Assembly (NCBI GenBank): GCA_964633455.1
Contig: CAZWFZ010000001.1
Coordinates: forward strand, 1 to 30,271
DNA length: 30,271 bases
Direction: 5' to 3'
Origin: an uncultured Candidatus Peribacteria bacterium
Lineage (GTDB): Bacteria; Patescibacteriota; Gracilibacteria; Absconditabacterales; Absconditicoccaceae
Positions 10,235-20,425 of this stretch are shown piece after piece. Position numbers and translations under genes: made by a program. Numbering within the stretch: the stretch's first letter is position 1; each line of letters opens with the position of its first letter. The notes under the pieces are model-generated. The model worked only from the letters and a program-made list of their open reading frames with translations, was not told the origin of the DNA and made no database searches.

Positions 10235-10690
10235 CTAATCAAAGAAAGTAAGACTACTACGGGTCAACGCAGTGATCAAGAAGATAATCATTACACTTGC
10301 AAGTGCTAACAATAAACCAATAGCTACATATCCTATCTGTTTGAGTGCATCCTTCATCTTCCCCTCATCTCCTCTCGACCAAATAATTTTGAGTCCTGCA
10401 ATGATAATCATAGGAATAGCCAAAATTACTACCAACCTCAATAAAAACCTTGCAAACCTCACCAAAATTGAATCATTTTCTTTGATGCCAAACGCATCAC
10501 TTATCATATCACTATTGGTTGTATAAAACAGATCTCCAGCTTCTGCATCAGCAGAATATGGGTCCTGTTGATTATTATGTGATTCAAAATATGCATCCTT
10601 GAGCCAATCATCTACTGCCAGGACAGAAGTAGACATAGTCAACCCAGCGAAGAAGAGAAAACACAAAAGTAAATAACGCATTCGTAACAT
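10235..10690 (-). CDS. TrbC/VirB2-like pilin (CPR-type), ~151 aa
   Basis: Signal-like N-terminus, then two TM helices flanking AGLKIIWSRGDEGKMKDALKQI, the same layout as the C-terminal domain of the downstream gene. Start 10690 or 10681. Confidence 0.75.
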   Translation of the reverse strand: MLRMRYLLLCFLFFAGLTMSTSVLAVDDWLKDAYFESHNNQQDPYSADAEAGDLFYTTNSDMISDAFGIKENDSILVRFARFLLRLVVILAIPMIIIAGLKIIWSRGDEGKMKDALKQIGYVAIGLLLALASVMIIFLITALTRSSLTFFD

Positions 10691-10697
10691 ATAAAAA

Positions 10698-11105
10698 TTA
10701 AAGATTTTGGAGCAATGCATCTGCCTCAGCTTCTTCTTTTTCTTTGGTTGCCGCCTCCTGTTTTTTGATACCTTGAGTCACATCCAAATATCATTCATTA
10801 TCTCGTTGTTGTATATATTTATTTTCAATATCTGTCTTCTTTTGATTGTACTTCTGCTCTATTTCCTGTAATTTTTCTTGTTCTTTGGTTAAAATTCCAT
10901 TCAGTTTAGCTAACTGCTGTTCATTCATCAATGGCAATAAATTAAACCAATTCTGCTTTTCCTCATGAGAATTGAGTGATTGTGAACGCAAGATCAGCGT
11001 AATAATATCTGGCATTTTTTCAATAAACTCAACCGGAATAGTATATCCTTTTGCGGTTTCTTGGACATCTGGAGGGAGAGTGAGTAGTGCTGTTGTGAGA
11101 TCCAT
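10698..11105 (-). CDS. Hypothetical coiled-coil-rich protein, 135 aa
   Basis: Track ORF extends through TGA 10791-10793 to TAA 10698-10700; EEKQNWFNLLPLMNEQQLAKL. Confidence 0.8.
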
Positions 11106-11111
11106 GGGATA

Positions 11112-11312
11112 TTAAAGTGATAATAAATGTTTTTGAAGTTCTTCATCTGCCTGTTTTTTCTCTTTTTGTTCTAGTGTTTGTAATGCCTTTTGACGCTTCT
11201 TGACTCACGCATATGCTGTACGCAACTGACTCATATAGCGCTGATATTCACGGGTTGAGAGTCTTTTGGGACGACCTGCCGAAAGAAATTGTTCTGACAT
11301 ATCACTACGCAT
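11112..11312 (-). CDS. Small basic hypothetical protein, 66 aa
   Basis: ATG 11312 to TAA 11112-11114 with one TGA; abuts the next gene operon-style. Confidence 0.6.
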
Positions 11313-11397
11313 ATATAAAACCTCTTCAAGTATAGGGAAAACTCACCTCTACGTCAAATTTTATTAGGCTATTTTACATAATTTATGCCTATAAAAT

Positions 11398-11426
11398 TTG
11401 ACAATATTTTAAATTGTAGATATAAT
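11398..11426 (+). promoter_or_regulatory. Perfect-consensus sigma70 promoter
   Basis: TTGACA (11398-11403), 17 bp, TATAAT (11421-11426). Confidence 0.75.
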
Positions 11427-11461
11427 ATTATGTACACTTGCTTTATACACAGAATGTGCCT

Positions 11462-12358
11462 ATGAATACCAACTTTGTTGGTCGCCCTCAGGAATGCCTC
11501 GATTATATCAACCAACAATCTGCAAAAGCTACTACCAACCAGGAGATAGTAGACAATTTTTTGGGTGTCTATTCCAAAAAATACCTAGGGAATAAAGGGG
11601 TAATCAAAGAAATACTAAGCAATTACCAAGATAGCAGGAACTTCCAAGAGATTACCAATAAAGCTATGGATCCAAAACTACTTATTGTTTCAAATTCAGA
11701 ACTTTATCAAATAAATCACAGGTCTGACAATCGGGTTAAAAATCTCTCATCAATTAATTGTGGCTTTAAGGCTAATTTTGGCTTTATAATTGCTGGAAAC
11801 TCATCATTTAGTAGTATAACTCACCATTACTTTTGATATCTCTCTTTAGATGATAGTGTTTGCAATAAAGTAAATCCACTACTTCTCAAAGAGCTTACAG
11901 ATATAGCCTTCTTGGCAAATCATGATTTTATTCATGCAATTAGCCTAGGAAATGAGTGATGAAGTAACTCACTTTTCGGGGATGTTCAAAATACTACTTG
12001 AATGCCTGGATATGAATATATGAGTCTTAGCTTTCATTATGCTATTTTCCAAGATATCTATACGAAGTACCCTCATATCAAGACTGAGATAATTCAGAAA
12101 GCCAAAAACTATCTTAGTGAGGTTGAAAAAGATACAACACTCGAAAGGGATGAAAAAGAATACCTTATCGGTACATATATCTATTTTTTATGGAGAATAC
12201 TCCCTTGTTGAGATCGACCAAAAAAACTTTCCAATAAACTAAGTTATCTTGTAATAGATGATAGCTATCCTAGTTGAGGAAATATCAGTAAAAATAGTAA
12301 ACATATAAACACCACGTATCAACAACTCAAAGAATGAAAGACTATTATAAACCCTTAG
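11462..12358 (+). CDS. Hypothetical protein, 298 aa
   Basis: Track ORFs 11438-11836 and 12002-12211 share a frame and join through TGA codons; TAG at 12356-12358. Confidence 0.8.
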
Positions 12359-13535
12359 AAACATTCAAAATTTCATAAGAAGTAATCTCATTTCATTTAG
12401 TAACTACAGGCACAAAAGGCCTCACAAAGAAAGGAACTCATTTTTTACTCAACCATTTGGAAAAGAGTTTTCCATGATAACGATCTCCTGGTTGGGGGAG
12501 TCTAGATTCCTTGGGAGAGAGTATTCATAAAGAATGGTTGGTGTTTGTCTTCCAAAAAGGGGTTTTGCTCGTAGCTGGGAAGAAATAGAGGTGCTTTTTA
12601 GCTAAGCAAATCCATGTTCCACGGACATAACGATAGCCAACCGTTGCAGAAGTGAGAAAAGTGAAGAGCTCGTCCAAAAAGGCTTTGGTAACTCAATTGT
12701 ATAATTTTTGTCTAGACAGTAGACATGACAATTCATGTCTATTCTTAGGAAGTTGAGTTTTGTATCACGAGATTTTTCCTTGTAATGTGTTAATAATAAT
12801 TGGTTCAAAAAGAGGAGTGAAGGTAGTAAGTAATTTTTCACCTGAGGAATACATATGTTGTCGTTGCTGTGCAACAGATGCAGGAAGATATTCTGTTTGA
12901 AAACGATCTCTAAGAGAGTTTCTTCTGGTGAGGGTAGTTTGTTTATTCGAAGGATCAATTCGGTAGGGAATGGAGTGTGTATTACAATATGTTTGCGTTA
13001 GATACTTTGGGAGGGAAAGTAAGGGACGGATATGCACGTAGGTATCATGTTGGCTTATGAGATGCATATTGAGTAATCATCTCATACGACATCAACGCTC
13101 CAAATTGAGAAACGTAGTCTCAATACGATCCGTGAGGGTATGACCAGTACACAAAATACCACCGGTACGATTGAGGTGGTTTTCAAAAAACTGTTTTCTT
13201 GTTTTCCTTCGGGTTGTTTCCGTACTCTTATTTCCACTCAGGAGTGAGCACCCAATCACCTGTAGTCACGAGAAGTACGTGGTAAACCAAGAATATAACT
13301 CTGGCATATGTGCTGTTCTATGGTCGAGATAGAGGATGACAATCCTAGACATGTCTAGACTGTTTGTAAAAAAAGTATCAAAAATGAGTTGTGAAAGGCA
13401 CATACTATCAGGTCCTCCTGATACAGCAATATATACAGGTAAGGTATCTTTGGTAAATAGATCTAGCAAAACAACTCTTTCGGTATTGGAAAGAGTATGC
13501 TCTGTTCATTTATAACTAATCTGTGGAGGGAGCAT
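12345..13535 (-). CDS. tilS: tRNA(Ile)-lysidine synthetase TilS, 396 aa
   Basis: IAVSGGPDSMCL, LYLDH, TGHTLTDRIET, IRPLL, IPY[CGA]IDPSN, RNSLR; continuous with TGA=Gly to TAA 12345-12347. Confidence 0.92.
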
Positions 13536-13707
13536 ACCTAGTAACTAGGGTGAAGAAAGTGACTATATATATTTGGAAGGGGAATACAAATTTTGTTATT
13601 TACGGAGGATCTTTTGAGAAAATAATAATGTTTGAGCTTCCATGGATTTTTCTTCTTTTTTGAGTATAGAGGGGTCACTTTTTTATGATCTATGGGATAG
13701 AGCTACA

Positions 13708-14199
13708 ATGCAGGATACAAATTTTGTAATTAAAATTGCTGACCTTCTCAAAAACACCTGAAGCAAAGACGCGGTACACTTAGAAAAGAAATTTTCTAAG
13801 GAAATTAAGACTTCTGATGAGGGTATTTCTGCTACCGTGAGATTGATGTGACTCAATGACTCAAGTGTTTTAGTGACGCTCACTGATATCAAAGCGACCG
13901 TTCACAAAGAATGTGATAGATGTACTGCTTGATATACTGATGAGGCTTATATAGAGGAACTTGTCCTCAAGGGAGTAGTTCCGACAGGGGAGGAAGATTT
14001 TATTGGTGAAGAAAATGAACATTGTATCATCAATACCAATGAATCTTCTATAGACCTCCATGATCCTATTGTACATGCAATCAAGTTCTGTGACCATGTT
14101 GTCAACCATTGTCCAGATTGTGCAAAAATTGTTGCTTCTTTGGATGATGAAACATCTAGTGAAATAGGCTGATGACCTATTATTTGGAAAAAATCTTAA
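13708..14199 (+). CDS. yceD: YceD/DUF177 family protein, 163 aa
   Basis: Missed by the track because of TGA codons. ECDRCT and HCPDC metal-binding pairs, IDLHDPI; TAA at 14197-14199. Confidence 0.8.
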
Positions 14200-14273
14200 C
14201 ATTTCATCTTAGCTTATTACTGTTATTATCTTTTTCTCTTTTTTTAAATTATATATTATAAAGAAAAGAAGGA

Positions 14274-14546
14274 ATGTTGAAAACTTCTTATATTATCTTC
14301 TATTTTTTGGCTATAAATGTAGTTACCTTCATTATTTTTGGCATAGACAAGCGAAAAGCAAGGAATAATCACTCCCGCATCTCCGAAAAAGCACTTCTCA
14401 ACTACTGTTTACTTGGTGGGGGAGTCTGAGCATTGCTCGCAATGGAGTATTTCCGCCACAAAACCCAAAAATGATCATTCCTTCTCAAATATTATGTGAT
14501 AATTATTCTGTGGTTATTCTTAGTAATTTATAGTTTGCTTCAATAA
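14274..14546 (+). CDS. DUF1294 family small membrane protein, 90 aa
   Basis: FGIDKxKA, RISEKAL, LLGGGV[TGA]ALLAMEYFRHKTQK. Confidence 0.88.
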
Positions 14547-14576
14547 AGAGGAAGAGTTTATCTCTTCTTTTTTTGT

Positions 14577-17375
14577 ATGAACCCTACAAGTAGACAAAAA
14601 CAACTCTCGAAACATATATTCACCTTACTTATTCTTTCTCTATGTTGGTTTGGTGGAGGAGTTTTGAGTGATCTTATTATAAGTGAGGTCTACATCGACG
14701 GAACAGATGAATGGATTGAAATTACCAATAAGGGAGATTCATCTTTTGTAGGTACAGTGACGATAAGTGGTGCAAAGTCTTCGGTATTGACCTATACTTC
14801 ACTCTCTCTGGCTCCATGAGCCAGTTTTCTGATTGGAGACCAATGTAATATGTTACTCGATCCAACGTTCTGTCTCCGTGATCAAGGACTTTCTCTCAGT
14901 GATACCAAAGAACTCAAACTTCTCCTTACACAAATCAGAGATACAGGAGAAAGTGAGGAACAAATATTCCATTTTTCCCAAGACCTTGTAGTGAGCATAA
15001 ATGATAAAAAAACTTCTCTGTCGTGTACCTATCCAGTATGTGAACTATATTTTCCTACTCCTTTTTCCCAAAGTAGTAATGTAGTAGAAGGAATCATAGC
15101 CAACCCATGAAGAGTATATGAAAATAATGAATCACCAGAAATTACCTGAGAGAGTGTTCAACTAAATATACCTCTTTTCTCTTTTACTCATTCAGGGGAA
15201 CTACTCACTTTTTCCTTAGAAATGAAAGACACTCGCTGTGAACAATCATGCCTTTTGACCCTCACAGGAAATACCATTTTTTCTGTACCCGTACAAGTCA
15301 TGTCATGACAAACTTGGTCAACACACTTCACCATGACACCAAGTGGACAATCAGGAGAAACCTTGGTATGGAGCCTTTCTTCAACCAGTTGAGAAATTCT
15401 TAGTGGACAGTATACCATGACATTTTCTTTACCACCAACAGAAGATATTCCTACCAGTTGAACAGATATGCTTAGTGGTGGCCAAACGTGAGATAATGAA
15501 ACTGAAAATGAAACTCCCCAAAATCCAGACACCACTAGCACCACTGGATCGCAACAAAATATTCCTGACCCTATTCCTCTCCTTCCCAAAATTTCTCTCT
15601 CTGAAATTCATGCCACCAACGATACCTTTCCTGAATATCTTGAACTATTTATTTCCTCCCCTGCTAGTGGATCATTAACTATCCAGGGTGCGGGAAATGG
15701 AAAAGCGATCAAGACTATCTCACTTCAAATTATAAGTCCACAAAGACTCCTCATAACTTCAGAAGCTATTACTTGAGTTGAGAACCAATATATTCTTCCT
15801 AGCCTTTCACTAACCGATGGAGGTGAGGAGTTGACGCTACTTCGACAAAGTGGACACCAGATAGACAAAGCTGTCTATTCCGATGCAAAAAAATGATTTT
15901 CACAATATTTTTCTTCATTTTCTTGATTAGACAAAAATTATACACGTTTTTGACCTCCAACTCCGGGTATTAGCGAAGAGTTATATACTACTTTATTTTC
16001 ACCAACTTCTTGAACACCAGCTCCTCAATGTGAAATTATTTTTCAACATACCTCACCCTTGTATGCTCATCACAAAATCAACCTCCAAGCATCCTTCAAT
16101 AATAAACCACTTACCAATACTTCACCTTCCTATAGCTGTTTTTGGTCTCTTTCTTGAAGTGAGTTTACAGGATGTAACCCTTCTTTTCTCTCATTTTCAG
16201 AAGCCTGAGTATATCCTATTACCTTAGAAATATTCTCTCAAACTCCTAATACCCTTCTTTGTAAAACATTTTCTTCACTCAACCTTCCAGAGCTTCCAGA
16301 AATACAATCATGCAGAGCAGAATATTATAGCTGACTCTATAACAACCGAAAAGAAAAGTATGGTGTATTAACTACCGCAATTAGATCATACGGGTTTCGT
16401 GTGAGTGGAAGTTGAACTAATATAACCCTCACTTCTCCCCAACAACAAACAGAAACAAAACAAATTACCGGTACGCTAGTTACTTGACGAGTTACTATTA
16501 CCAAACTTCTTCCCAATCCTTTGGGTAAAGATACATGAACTGAATGGATTGAAATACAAACCACCACCTGAGAGGTTATTTCTAACTCACTTTTCCTTTC
16601 CAATGGAAATCGTTCAATTCGTTTTCCACCTTATGATTTAGTACCGGGTAAAATATATAGCTTTACCTGAAATCGATGACTTCTCAATAGTTCAGCGTGT
16701 ATTACGTTAGCATGATCATGAATTATCTATGATACCTACTGCTATACTACCCCAAAAGAATGAGTAATTCCTCCGAGGAGAACTGTCGAAAACACCACGT
16801 ATAGTACATCAATCAAAACAACTATCTCATTCATAGGGGATCAGGTTTGTGCGAAGCAGAAGGGACAAATTATAGTCTGCAAAGACCTCCTGATTACCAA
16901 AGCTGAGATAAAAGACCTCAAAAAATCTACAAAAAAAGTCACTTCACTTGAGAAAAAACTTACGACTGCTCTCAAACGGCGTGATAAACACAAGAAACTT
17001 TCTACCCAATTTACTGCTTACAAAAAAACGCAAAGCGCGAAAACTACTCAACTCAAACAACACTACAAACGCGCTACTTCTACTCTTTATGCGCTCAAGT
17101 CACACCTCCAGTCTAAGTGGATGATAGCGTATCAAGATCCTTATATTCTGAATATGTATAGGTTATTTTCCTTCTTTGAAGACCAAGAAACTCTTTCTAG
17201 ATCACTCTATGGTAAAGAACTATCTACACAAGATATTACCCAAATTCAAGAACTCTCTTTGGGTTCTACGGTCTATGACGATGCCTATATTCCAGCACTT
17301 ATCGAATACTTAGTACCAATTATACAATCATATACTCACAAGGCAACACCACTCCAACAGATAGTTCCTCCATAG
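14577..17375 (+). CDS. Large secreted protein with three lamin-tail-domain-like modules and a basic coiled-coil C-terminus, 932 aa
   Basis: One frame with many TGA and no TAA/TAG until 17373-17375. N-terminal TM; modules LIISEVYIDGTDEWIEITN, ISLSEIHATNDTFPEYLELF, ITKLLPNPLGKDTGTEWIEI. Confidence 0.82.
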
Positions 17376-17376
17376 A

Positions 17377-17404
17377 TTGACATTACAAGGTAACTTTGTA
17401 CAAT
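17377..17404 (+). promoter_or_regulatory. Sigma70-type promoter for the csaB-like/comEC pair
   Basis: TTGACA (17377-17382), 16 bp, TACAAT (17399-17404). Confidence 0.55.
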
Positions 17405-17432
17405 TGTTAGGCTATTTTAGTTTAACCTCCTG

Positions 17433-18332
17433 ATGGAATATTACCTCAAAGGGTATTATGGCTACAAAAATCTCTGAGATGAACTCCTCTTGTTTGGAGT
17501 ACTTTCTTGGTTGGCTAACGAAGGAGAGGCTAAAAAAATTGTCATCGAATCAGGAGATCCTATCCGACTTACGCAGTGGCTCAAAAGACATCATGCAATG
17601 ATGCCAGTTGGAGTAGAAGTATATTGTGTCGGAAATAATAGTTCAGATATCTATAAAAAATATCACTTAGTTTTGGGATGAGGAGAGGTGCTGACCGATG
17701 CAAGGAGATTTCCTTATGGTGGATGGAATTACCTTATCAAACATTTTTGGCGTATTGTATTTGGAAAATTTTCACTCCTTGGCTGAATTGGTCGCCCAAG
17801 AATATTGACTACCAGACTCCTCTATTGGTTTATGCTTCCGAGAGCTAAACATATAGTAGTGAGAGATAAAGACTCTTTTGCCCTAGCATACATGTATCAT
17901 GATAATCCAATTTTTAGTGGAGACTTTGCCTATCCTATCGTCGAAAAAATTTTGGTGGAGAAAGATGAATGAGTCCCCTACAATATCATTAATCTCAACC
18001 CCTACAAACGAGATAGTTCGAGCAAGAAAAAGGTTGCAGAAATTATAGAAAGTCGTGGTGGAGATTGGATATTTATTGCAGGAGATGTGGGTGAAGATAT
18101 TCCACTATATCGTGAGTTGCAGGTATCTATGGAAACTATTTCCTTGTTTGATTGGACTTCCCATACGCTACGCGAAACCATTTCATTCTTAGCATCTGCC
18201 AAATACGGTTTAGCTACGAGATTACATATTCTTCTTCTGTTGCAGTTTTTTCATATTCCCCTTTCTCCGCTCGTCTACCAAGAGAAAATTACCAAAGTAT
18301 TAGGTATTCAAGAAGATACACCCACCCTCTAA
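17433..18332 (+). CDS. Polysaccharide pyruvyltransferase (CsaB-like), 299 aa
   Basis: GYYGYKNL[TGA]DELLL, VLG[TGA]GEVLTD, IVVRDKDS; TAA at 18330-18332. Confidence 0.85.
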
Positions 18333-18348
18333 ATAATCTCTTACCTGT

Positions 18349-19755
18349 ATGCACCCAAATATTTTTTTCCTCAGACGAGGATATATATTTTTTGGTACAA
18401 TATATGTATTTATTCTTTTTTCTTTTATTCAAGAATGAAATATTTCTTGGCCCATTTTTCTTGGAGCAATACTCATAGTATGCTGATCTATACGAAGATT
18501 TCATCCACAGATTTTTTTCTCTTTGTGTCTTTGAATCATTCTCTGATGAGTAAGTTCTCGGACACATCATCAAAAAAGTCATACTCTACCACACTTTTCT
18601 CCCCAACACGTACTTACCTGAACAGTTAAACAAAAAACAGCAATTGATCGTCGAAACATTATTACCACACAAGGAAATATACTTCTTACTACAAGTATTC
18701 CACTAAATCCAGGTGATAGTATAGCATTTCTCCCTGCGTTGCCTTGGTATGAAAAATATCCTTCTGTGCAAGCAGAGAACTACCAAAAACGACTACATCT
18801 CAAATGATATCAAGCAAGTCTCACGACGTATTCGCTCTCCCTACTGTGAAAACAAAAACCCGCTCTCCAAACATCTATCAGAGAGTATCTCCTCGATCGT
18901 TTTACTTTAGTGTGATTCAATCCTACTACTCAAGCGCTCTTGCGTGGCATGATTTGGTGAGATACGTCATCGCTTACGCGCACCCAACTCGATCAATTCG
19001 TAGCTAGTGGACTCATACATATAGTAGCAGTCAGCGGGAGTAATATTGCTTTTATTCTTCTCTTGGGTGCATTCTTTTTTCGACGAGTACCGGTGTCTAT
19101 CAGGTATGTTTTACTAATGCTCCTGGTATTTGGGTATGCAACAATCTGTGGGTGGGAAAGTAGTGTTGTGAGAGCAGTGTGTTTTGGAATGATTACGCTG
19201 GGATCACTTCTCCTATGAAGACCCAAAATGATGTGGTCGCTCTTTTGGATGGTAGCAGTCAGTATGCTGTGGCGACACCCTGATATATTTTGGTATGATA
19301 GAGGACGATGATTGAGCTTTTCTGCAACAGGTACTATCATGCTTTTTGCTACGTTATTTCCCTCACCATCGTCACGATATATGAAATGAGTTACTACGCT
19401 CTTGCTCCCGACCATAGCGGCTACGTTGGGCACCTTTCCCCTGCTGTTACTCTTCAATAATACTTATACCCTCTGAGGTATTGTGGCTAATCTCCTCGCC
19501 TCACTCCTCCTCCCTTGGCTTATACGAGGAGCAATAATAGCTATTTTCTTGTGAGCACGAACTATATATATACCTTTTTTTCCCTGACTTCTCAATCGGT
19601 GAGTGGCAACTCTTTTTGGTATCAGTGAGAAAACTATTCACCTTTCTCCCCAATTATTTACCTCCCCAAATACTACATATAGTATTGCACTTGGTGTGAT
19701 TGTTTTGGTGTGGTGATGAGGTTATATATTTTATAAGACAAGGAGAAAACAATAA
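18349..19755 (+). CDS. comEC: ComEC/Rec2 competence channel (no C-terminal metallo-beta-lactamase domain), 468 aa
   Basis: Missed by the track. SGLIHIVAVSGSNIA, ESSVVRA, YDRG[CGA][TGA]LSFSAT, IVANLL; many TM segments; TAA at 19753-19755. Confidence 0.92.
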
Positions 19756-19783
19756 ATACATCATTACACATAAATATACTCAT

Positions 19784-19855
19784 CAAGGATGCCTGGGCTC
19801 GAACCAAGTCCTTCGGCTTCGGAGGCCGATGTGCTACCAGTAACACCTCATCCTT
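19784..19855 (-). tRNA. tRNA with CCG anticodon, probably charged with Trp (tRNA-Trp(CCG))
   Basis: AAGGATG/CATCCTT acceptor, G73, GTGT-TACTGGTA-GCAC D arm, TCGGC-CTCCGAA-GCCGA anticodon arm, CTTGG-TTCGAGC-CCAGG T arm. tRNA status is well supported; the Trp identity is inferred. Confidence 0.85.
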
Positions 19856-20009
19856 ATGTATACCATTATTGTGTACTGATTTTATATCTATAAGCAAACT
19901 AACGTCTTTATGTATTTTTGACTCAGCTCCATAAAATTTCCGCAATCATTTTTGTAGCTACTCTTGAGTATACATAAAGTGAAACTTTGAAGTTCTCAAG
20001 TACTTTTTT

Positions 20010-20385
20010 CCCTGTCATGTCAGACAGAAATAGTCGTCAACTAGTCGTGTTTTGTCAGTCATTATCTGTCTTATTTTAGTATTCGCGTTGTGTCTCGTGT
20101 CTTCTTTATTTTCCTCTGTCAATATCCTGGGGTGTTGAGGAAGTAAACACTCCTTCACAAACCATTGTTTAGCTCCCTGTGTATGAACATATTACACCTA
20201 TTTTCTTGGATATAGCAACTAGTTTATGTGTCACAGACTGGCTAGTTGTTCGTAATGTGTTGTAGAGTCGTTGTTGTTCCTAGCAAAACGACCAGTGCTT
20301 TTTTGTGTGCGTTGCGTAGCTCATTAACATCTAGAGACCTTGCATTATGTGAATGAATGCGTACAAACGTGCACAGGGAGCAATC
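20010..20385 (+). ncRNA. Candidate structured 5' leader RNA of the S-layer gene
   Basis: Nested helices: 20172-20185/20368-20381, 20186-20195/20252-20261, 20214-20224/20240-20250, 20267-20272/20287-20292, 20302-20313/20356-20367. Their deviations are G-U pairs in the plus sense. Confidence 0.6.
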
Positions 20386-20425
20386 CTTTCATTATTTCTT
20401 TTTATATTTCTTTAATATTTCTAGC

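Noticed and set aside
12602-12958. Apparent frameshifted second half of tilS
   Set aside because: The tilS frame stays open through TGA codons to 12345, so no frameshift is needed; this ORF is an overlapping alternative frame.
19784-19855. Annotation as ordinary tRNA-Arg(CCG)
   Set aside because: No A20 and has A37 with Trp-like A1-U72/G73; Arg is not excluded but is less likely.
20130-20150. GAGGAAGT resembling the RNase P CR-I motif
   Set aside because: Lacks AAAGUCC and the matching 3' P4 strand; it pairs locally in a hairpin instead.
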